Sequence record: NC_028847.1
From: Escherichia phage QL01
Direction: 5' to 3' (one strand)
DNA length: 64,000 nt
Part shown: positions 55,076 through 64,000 of the stretch, one piece after another
Layout of the letters: every line of letters begins with the position of its first letter
Position numbering within the stretch: position 1 is the first letter of the stretch
Made by a program: the position numbers and the translations under genes
Notes under the pieces: model-generated
Seen by the model: the letters and a program-made list of their open reading frames with translations, nothing else
Told to the model about the DNA's origin: nothing
Database searches by the model: none

Positions 55076-55740
55076 TGACTTTAACTGAAATGAAAAGCGG
55101 GCTAAAATCCCGCTTAGCCGATTATTTGGAATTATCTTACACTAGTGACAAGCCTACTGCTGTCGCTGACCAACGTCCTATCGGTGGTCCTTCTGCAAAC
55201 CAAACTCAGAAGGGTGTTTATTTTCCTACGGTCCAAAGTGCAATAGATGATATTGCATTTAGAACAGAGCTTCCTGTGAACTCTGTTATTATTACCACAG
55301 AAAACAGAGCACCTGGATTTATCCAGCAATCTGATAAAATTACATTTACCGGTTCTATTTCTTCAGGCGGTGAACTTGGCGACCCGGTTATTATTAAAGT
55401 GTTCGGACTTCCTGTAGAGGTCTTAGTTGGCGATTCATCTGTATTGGTTGCATCTAAAGTAAATGATGTGTTTTTAGACGCTATTGCTAATAGCTATATT
55501 TTAGCCGAAACTGCTATTGATGCCTTAGACCAATCTACCTTGAATATTAAATACAATGACTATCAGAATCATATTTTTTCACCATATAAACAATCGGGTT
55601 GTACAATTTCCCATACTATAGTCCAACAGCCAAGGGCTGGATACGGTAAGTGGGAATACTTAGGTAACTCTACCCAATCGTTAGCAGGTGGTACAGTTAA
55701 CGGCACGATTCCTTTATATTACTATAAGAGATTATATTAA
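55075..55740 (+). CDS. 11: baseplate wedge protein gp11 (short-tail-fiber attachment)
   Basis: 221 aa; synteny. Confidence 0.88.
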   Translation: MTLTEMKSGLKSRLADYLELSYTSDKPTAVADQRPIGGPSANQTQKGVYFPTVQSAIDDIAFRTELPVNSVIITTENRAPGFIQQSDKITFTGSISSGGELGDPVIIKVFGLPVEVLVGDSSVLVASKVNDVFLDAIANSYILAETAIDALDQSTLNIKYNDYQNHIFSPYKQSGCTISHTIVQQPRAGYGKWEYLGNSTQSLAGGTVNGTIPLYYYKRLY

Positions 55741-57266
55741 TGTCAACAAACACACTAAAACACATTAGTGATAAATCGGAATTCAAATCATTCGACCCTA
55801 CTGGGTCGAATTTCCCGCCTGATATTACTAATGTTCAAGAAGCATTGGCAACTATTTCATTAATCGGCGTCACAGGTAATGTTCCTTCAGCTACAGAAAC
55901 GTCCCAAGGCATTATTCGTCTTGCCACAACACAAGAAGTAATGGATGGTCTGGATGCTTATAGTGCAGTGACACCGGCAACTTTAAAAGCCCGTTTAGAT
56001 ATTCCTACTCAGGCAACAGAAACTTATGTAGGTATCACCCGTTATGCTACTAACGCTGAAGCTATAGCAGGCACAGAGCCCCAGGCTGCAATCGTAGCAA
56101 CTTCTTTGAAAGCGGTAATGGATTATACATTTGAGAACCGTTTATCAACAGAGAACGCCACAGGCGTTATCAAGATTTCAACTACACCTGCCGCATTAGC
56201 TGGTACCGATGATACCACAGCAATGACCCCACTTAAAGTATCTCAGGCAATTGGTGCAGCGACGGCCGCGTTACCGGTTTATTCTACAGCAACGACTACA
56301 AATGAAGGTTTAGTTCGTTTAGCGACCAATGCAGAGGTTGGTAATGGAAGTCTTTCGGTAGGTATCGCTATTTCTCCGGCAGGATTAGCCACATTAACTT
56401 CCACCGAAGAACGAAGCGGTATTATTAAACTCGCAGGTTGGGATATGGTATCTAATGGTACCGACCATACCGCCGCAGTTACACCGGCTTCTTTGTTAGC
56501 TCGTACAGGTAATACTGGACGTATTGGGTTGGTTCGTTTATCTACTACTGTAGGCCAAGGCGATGGTAATACGGCGCTGGCTTATAATGCTAACGTTATT
56601 TCTACTTCAGGCGGCGAAATATGGGGTACTTTAAACGTTAATGGAGCATTACGTCGTAATGGTGTTGATGTTGTTACCCATGACCAATTATCAGATAGCG
56701 TTCCGGTGGGTACTATTTGCATGTGGGGTGGCAATGAAGGTAATATACCTGGTAAATGGCGTGCTTGTGTAGGTGGGACTTACACTGGTGGTGCATATTT
56801 AAATGCTGTTGGTGGGCGTTGGGGATGGTGGGGTGCTATTCCAGATTTCCGTGGATTATATCCTCGTGGCGCTAACATGGTCGGTGGATATTCTGAAGGC
56901 GAAGTTAACCCGCATATTGCCGGTAACCGAGGAGAAGACGGTAAAGGTAAAGCCCGTTTAGGTAATGGTGTTGGTTCTTTCCCGCAATCTTCCGTTCAAG
57001 CCCAAGCATTACGTTATCATAAACATGCTGGTGGTTTTGGTGAACATGATAACTATGGCGCTTTTGGTAACACCGCTAACTCCGGATATGTTGGTACTCG
57101 TAAAGGCCTTGACTGGGATAACCGTAGTTATTATACCAACGAAGGTTTTGAGACCACCGATCCTTGGAACCGTGATGGACATACCACATTGAATAGTGAA
57201 GGTCTTATTGCCAACGAAACACGTCCATGGACAATGTCCGTTCTTTTTATTATTAAAGTAGAATAA
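55740..57266 (+). CDS. 12: short tail fiber protein gp12
   Basis: 508 aa; N-terminal ...FDPTGSNFPPDIT... and C-terminal ...HKHAGGFGEHDNYGAFGNT...GLDWDNRSY...NETRPW... blocks T4 gp12-like. Confidence 0.93.
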   Translation: MSTNTLKHISDKSEFKSFDPTGSNFPPDITNVQEALATISLIGVTGNVPSATETSQGIIRLATTQEVMDGLDAYSAVTPATLKARLDIPTQATETYVGITRYATNAEAIAGTEPQAAIVATSLKAVMDYTFENRLSTENATGVIKISTTPAALAGTDDTTAMTPLKVSQAIGAATAALPVYSTATTTNEGLVRLATNAEVGNGSLSVGIAISPAGLATLTSTEERSGIIKLAGWDMVSNGTDHTAAVTPASLLARTGNTGRIGLVRLSTTVGQGDGNTALAYNANVISTSGGEIWGTLNVNGALRRNGVDVVTHDQLSDSVPVGTICMWGGNEGNIPGKWRACVGGTYTGGAYLNAVGGRWGWWGAIPDFRGLYPRGANMVGGYSEGEVNPHIAGNRGEDGKGKARLGNGVGSFPQSSVQAQALRYHKHAGGFGEHDNYGAFGNTANSGYVGTRKGLDWDNRSYYTNEGFETTDPWNRDGHTTLNSEGLIANETRPWTMSVLFIIKVE

Positions 57267-57275
57267 GGGTAAAAA

Positions 57276-58865
57276 ATGATTAACAAATTGGAACTTAGTG
57301 AGTTACCATTTGTTGACGGCGTACCTGATGCTCCTCAAAAGCGTATCCAATGGATACGCGAGGGTGATTGTATGTCTGCAGCAAAAACAAAATACGGCAA
57401 TGAAGGTAATTTGAACGCTGCTGCTTTAGGAGTTCAGAAAAACGTTGAAGCTCTTGATGCGAATGATTTGAAAACCGCAGATAAAGTTAACGAACTGGTA
57501 GAAAACGTTAATAATATCAATGATGCCTTAGAAATGGCTACGGATATTTCCGTCATCCAACAAATTGAGAAAAACCGTGTTGATATCGTAGAGCTTAAGA
57601 GAGTAGAAGGCGAAACCACTACTGGGCTAAACAATTTAACCATAAATTTAGACCACCTAAAAGAAGACGTTGGTTACCATGACCCTTTACAAGATGGCCC
57701 ATATTTAACTGTACGTGAAAATATTGTTCTTCTTAAAACCGAAATAGGTCATTATGAAAACCAGGATATAAATGGTAATCCGTTGCCTCCTGGTGAAACC
57801 AGCGAAGCCACCGGTATGAAACGTCGCATCATTGATAATACCACTCAATTGGTCGACCATCGTCTTCGCATTGATACCCTTGAAAGGAATTATGAAGATT
57901 CTGACGTCGGGCAACTAGGTATTAAATTAAATGAAATTCGTGCTGAACTCGGGCCCCATTCCGATACGGTAGGTAAACAACAGGCTTATACCCGAATTTC
58001 TGTATTAGAAACGGCTGCAATTAATTTCAATACATCTATCGACGAAATTAAGACTAATATTGATTTCTCCGGTATGCCTATAAAGGACCGAGTAACTACT
58101 TTAGAAAGCAAAACTCTTACCCTAGAAAATTCAGTCAACGTTGATTTAAAACCTCGTGTAACATCAATTGAAACCCAAATAGGTTCTGAATCAACTCCTA
58201 CTTCTATTAATGGACGTTTAAGCGGTCTTCGTACTGATGTAAATGACCTTAAAACCATAGTGGGTGTTAGTTCAAGTGATGGCTTACGTTTCCAAGTTAC
58301 TGATATCAACCGCCGTTTAGGTAGTGAAGTATCTCCGGCAGCTGGGACCATTAATAAGCGTTTAAATGACGTTATTATCCAAGCAAACCAATCTACTTCA
58401 TCTATCCAGGATATTCAAGTAGAAATTGGAAATAACCAATCCGGTATTAAGGGTACTTTACTTAAACTCACCAATAAGGTTGACGGGACAAACCCTAACG
58501 GTACTACTGTAGAAGAACGTGGTCTTATTAACGCGGTTACTTCTTTAGAAACCCAGATGTTAGGTAAGTTGAATGATGCCCCTTCCGATGGTAAGCTTTA
58601 TGCTCGTCGTAATGCTACGTGGACCGAAGTTCCTAACGTTTCTACTGAAATAGGGACCGTTAAAGCTGATTTAGTTGTTACCGATGGTAATGTGGCAGCT
58701 TTAACTTCTAGAGTTACTACAGCAGAAGATAAAATCACTGCATTAGAAACTGAACTTGCTAAACGTCCACCAGTGGCTCCAGTTGCTGATGGACTTCCAT
58801 ATGTTCTTGTTGATAATGCGTGGGTGCTATTGTCAGATTTTGTGACTTTAAACCCAGCACCATAA
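57276..58865 (+). CDS. wac: fibritin (whisker) Wac
   Basis: 529 aa; N-terminal ...LPFVDG...; long segmented coiled coil; C-terminal foldon-like ...DGLPYVLVDNAWVLLSDFV. Confidence 0.9.
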   Translation: MINKLELSELPFVDGVPDAPQKRIQWIREGDCMSAAKTKYGNEGNLNAAALGVQKNVEALDANDLKTADKVNELVENVNNINDALEMATDISVIQQIEKNRVDIVELKRVEGETTTGLNNLTINLDHLKEDVGYHDPLQDGPYLTVRENIVLLKTEIGHYENQDINGNPLPPGETSEATGMKRRIIDNTTQLVDHRLRIDTLERNYEDSDVGQLGIKLNEIRAELGPHSDTVGKQQAYTRISVLETAAINFNTSIDEIKTNIDFSGMPIKDRVTTLESKTLTLENSVNVDLKPRVTSIETQIGSESTPTSINGRLSGLRTDVNDLKTIVGVSSSDGLRFQVTDINRRLGSEVSPAAGTINKRLNDVIIQANQSTSSIQDIQVEIGNNQSGIKGTLLKLTNKVDGTNPNGTTVEERGLINAVTSLETQMLGKLNDAPSDGKLYARRNATWTEVPNVSTEIGTVKADLVVTDGNVAALTSRVTTAEDKITALETELAKRPPVAPVADGLPYVLVDNAWVLLSDFVTLNPAP

Positions 58866-58866
58866 T

Positions 58867-58889
58867 AAAAGGGCTTCGGCCCTTTTTTG
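58867..58889 (+). terminator. intrinsic terminator after wac (AAAAGGGC-UUCG-GCCCUUUU plus U-run)
   Basis: Plus-strand aaaagggcttcggcccttttttg. Confidence 0.7.
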
Positions 58890-58890
58890 C

Positions 58891-58898
58891 TATAAATA
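58891..58898 (+). promoter_or_regulatory. late promoter TATAAATA for gene 13
   Basis: Exact consensus 22 nt upstream of ATG 58920. Confidence 0.6.
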
Positions 58899-58919
58899 CG
58901 GTTATTAGAGGAATAAACC

Positions 58920-59855
58920 ATGGCAAGTGAATCATATAACCCTAAGCAACTCAAGGACGCAATCCTGCGCCGCCTGGGTGCACCGATTACGAATATTGAA
59001 GTAACTACAGACCAAGTGTACGATTGCATCCAGCGCGCCCTGGAGCTCTACGGTGAGTATCATTATAACGGCTATAACAAAGGTTATCAGGCTTTTTATA
59101 TAGGCCATGATGACGAAGAAAAATTCCGTAACGGCGTATTTGACCTTAAAGGCCGTAATATATTTGCAGTAACACAAATTTTAAGAACTAATGTAGGTTC
59201 TTTAACATCTATGGATGGCCAAGCGACTTATCCATGGTTTACTGATTTTGTATTAGGCCTAGCTGGTATTAACGGCGGTCTTGGAACTTCTTGTAACAGC
59301 TTTGGGCCTAATGCCTTTGGTGCTGACCTCGGGTATTTTACACAATTAATGCAATATCGTTCTATGATGCAGGACCTTTTGGTTCCATTGCCTGATTATT
59401 GGTATAACGATGCCACTGAACAGTTGAAGGTAATGGGTAACTTTGTTAAAGGCGATTTTATTGTAATTGAAGTTTATACTCGCTCTTTTAATGGGGTCGA
59501 TTCTATGGTAGGAAATACCGCAGGATATGGATATGCCTCTGGTGGGTGCGACGAAAATGAATGGAGCCCCGGAGCTATTTGGGATAACCCGGCTCGTCGT
59601 ATTTCAGGTATGAGGGCAGGTGAAGACCTTGGTTTGCAAGATGGTTCATATAATAACCGTTGGGTCAAAGATTATGCGACGGCATTGGTTAAAGAAGTCA
59701 ATGGTAATATTTTGGCCAAACACCAAGGCATGCAACTTGCGGGTGGAACCACTGTAGATGGTATTCGATTGATTGAAGAAGCTCGTTTAGAAAAAGAACG
59801 CCTTCGCGAAGAATTAGATTTACTCGACCCACCAACACCTATTTTAATTGGATAA
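58920..59855 (+). CDS. 13: neck protein gp13
   Basis: 311 aa; synteny wac-13-14-15. Confidence 0.88.
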   Translation: MASESYNPKQLKDAILRRLGAPITNIEVTTDQVYDCIQRALELYGEYHYNGYNKGYQAFYIGHDDEEKFRNGVFDLKGRNIFAVTQILRTNVGSLTSMDGQATYPWFTDFVLGLAGINGGLGTSCNSFGPNAFGADLGYFTQLMQYRSMMQDLLVPLPDYWYNDATEQLKVMGNFVKGDFIVIEVYTRSFNGVDSMVGNTAGYGYASGGCDENEWSPGAIWDNPARRISGMRAGEDLGLQDGSYNNRWVKDYATALVKEVNGNILAKHQGMQLAGGTTVDGIRLIEEARLEKERLREELDLLDPPTPILIG

Positions 59856-59857
59856 TT

Positions 59858-60631
59858 ATGGCTACTTTCGATTCGAGTTTATTTGCCAAGCTGGAAAATA
59901 ATACCGGCTATGCTAACACGAACGAAACTGAAATAATGAATCCGTTCGTCAACTTCTACAAGCATGAGAATACCCAAACATTGGCTGATGCTTTAGTTGC
60001 TGAGTCTATTCAAATGCGTGGTATTGAGCTTTATTATATACCACGTGAATACGTTAATCCAGACCAGCTATTTGGCGAAGACCTTCAGAACAAATTTACT
60101 AAAGCCTGGAAATTTGCAGGTTATTTGGATTCCTTTGAAGGTTATTCCGGTGACAATACTTATTTCAGTAAGTTCGGTATGATGGTTAATGATGAAGTAA
60201 CAATCACAATTAACCCTAACCTTTTTAAACATCAATGCAATGGCACTGAACCTGTTTCAGGTGATTTGATTTATTTCCCAATGGACAACAGCCTATTCGA
60301 AATTAACTGGGTACAACCTTACGACCCATTCTATCAAGTAGGAGCTAACGTCCAGCGGCGCATCACCGCTACCAAGTTCATTTACAATGGTGAAGAACTT
60401 CGCCCTGAATTACAGAGAAATGAAGGTATTAATATCCCTGAGTTTAGTGAGCTTGATTTAATGCCTGTTAAGAATATCGACGGATTGGCTGATATCTCTG
60501 ACATTCAATACGAAGAGGTCAATGAGATTAATGCTGAAGCGGCTGAATTCGTACATCCTTATGTTGTAATTAATGGACGAGGAGAGGATGCTCCTCCTAC
60601 AGCATTTGATGATGCTTTTTTAGATGATTAA
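59858..60631 (+). CDS. 14: neck protein gp14
   Basis: 257 aa; synteny. Confidence 0.88.
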   Translation: MATFDSSLFAKLENNTGYANTNETEIMNPFVNFYKHENTQTLADALVAESIQMRGIELYYIPREYVNPDQLFGEDLQNKFTKAWKFAGYLDSFEGYSGDNTYFSKFGMMVNDEVTITINPNLFKHQCNGTEPVSGDLIYFPMDNSLFEINWVQPYDPFYQVGANVQRRITATKFIYNGEELRPELQRNEGINIPEFSELDLMPVKNIDGLADISDIQYEEVNEINAEAAEFVHPYVVINGRGEDAPPTAFDDAFLDD

Positions 60632-60635
60632 ATAA

Positions 60636-60660
60636 TACATGGCGCATGGTGCGCCATTTA
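60636..60660 (+). promoter_or_regulatory. hairpin ATGGCGCA-tgg-TGCGCCAT between genes 14 and 15, immediately 5' of AGGAGG SD
   Basis: Perfect 8-bp IR. Confidence 0.3.
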
Positions 60661-60669
60661 GGAGGTTTG

Positions 60670-61532
60670 ATGTTTGGACATTGGTATAATAGTTCGCTAC
60701 GTCGCTATATTGTTTTGATGGGTGATTTATTTTCCCATGTTCAAGTAGCACGTCAAAGAGAAGATACGGGACTTAAATTTATTAAGGTCCCTATTACGTA
60801 TGCTTCTAAAGAAAGATTTATGGCAAATTTGGGTAAATGGACGGCAGTACAGAATATTCCAAATCCTAATATGACAGCTAAAGAACGGGCCGAACAAAAA
60901 GCTAAAGTGGAAACAGTTCTTCCGCGTATGAACCTCCAAATGGTTGATATGCTTTACAACTCACAATATAAAACAGCCCTTCAAAACAGAACACAAATTC
61001 AATTTGAGAATGGCGACCCACGTAAGCGTGTCAGCCAATATTCTCCTACTCCGGTTAAAATGATTTTCGAACTGGGTATTTACACTAGAACCCAAGATGA
61101 TATGTTCCAAATTGTAGAACAGATTATGCCTTATTTCCAACCTCACTTCAATACAACTATCACTGAACTCTATACAAACGAAATTAAATTTGACCGTGAT
61201 ATCCGTATTGTGTTCCAATCTATAGCAATGGATGAACAATTAGAAGGTGATACCACTTCTAGACGTCGCTTAGAGTGGTCTATGATGTTTGAGGTTAATG
61301 GTTGGTTATATCCTCCTGTGAAGGAAATGGAAGGCGAAATTAAAACCATTTATCTTGATTTCTTTGCCAACTCAAAGGAACTCGCTCCTGAAGGTAATTT
61401 CGAATCGGTTGATAGCGAAGTGGTTCCTAGAGGTGTAGAAGAAAAAGAATGGGACGGTAAGTCCATTCAAACATATTCACAAGATATTCCAGTGCCTGTC
61501 GAGCCAGCGCCTCCAGCACCAAGGAGAAACCC

Positions 61533-61536
<4 letters not shown>
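60670..61536 (+). CDS. 15: tail sheath stabiliser / tail completion protein gp15
   Basis: Start MFGHWYNSS with AGGAGG 4 nt upstream (ORF track starts 8 codons earlier); ~288 aa. Confidence 0.88.
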
Positions 61537-63843
<2,307 letters not shown>

Positions 63844-63875
63844 ATAACAATAAAGCATAACCAAGAGGATTCAAA

Positions 63876-64000
63876 ATGGCTTTATTATCACCGGGCATTG
63901 AGCTCAAAGAAACGTCCGTACAGAGTACTGTCGTTCGTAACGCAACGGGTCGTGCAGCGCTGGTTGGTAAATTCCAGTGGGGCCCTGCTTTCCAGGTAAC
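63876..64000 (+). CDS. 18: tail sheath protein gp18, first 41 codons (continues beyond window end)
   Basis: MALLSPGIELKETSVQSTVV... matches T4 gp18 N-terminus; SD AGAGGA. Confidence 0.88.
   Translation, partial: MALLSPGIELKETSVQSTVVRNATGRAALVGKFQWGPAFQV

Overview
This window is a ~64 kb segment of a T4-like (Tevenvirinae-type) myovirus genome. Positions 1-43039 are transcribed almost entirely from the minus strand and carry early/middle genes with recognisable T4 homologs: sliding clamp 45 (partial), rpbA-like, recombination nuclease 46/47, late sigma factor 55, a glutaredoxin-like ORF, endonuclease VII (49), nrdC, thymidine kinase, regB, denV, endolysin e, nudE, 57B/57A, 1, 3, 2 and 4. Interspersed are about 60 small ORFs of unknown function, six internal proteins with capsid-targeting N-termini, two tRNAs plus a structured non-coding stretch, a GIY-YIG and an HNH homing endonuclease, at least 16 T4-type early promoter cassettes (nine sharing a near-identical 20-bp core) and several intrinsic terminators. 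Positions 43085-64000 are the plus-strand late structural module: 53, 5, 5.1, 5.4, 6-12, wac, 13-17 and the start of 18. T4 alpha-glucosyltransferase is absent between 47 and 55, and nrdD/nrdG are absent between the glutaredoxin-like ORF and 49. The most interesting signals are the covarying promoter/stem-loop cassettes, the expanded set of injected internal proteins, a nucleotidyltransferase-fold gene coupled to a membrane protein, and a tandem array of four small paralogs with a conserved C-terminal tail. All protein calls rest on motif and synteny recognition from memory of T4; no database search was run. Coordinates of promoters, hairpins and non-coding elements are approximate to a few bases.
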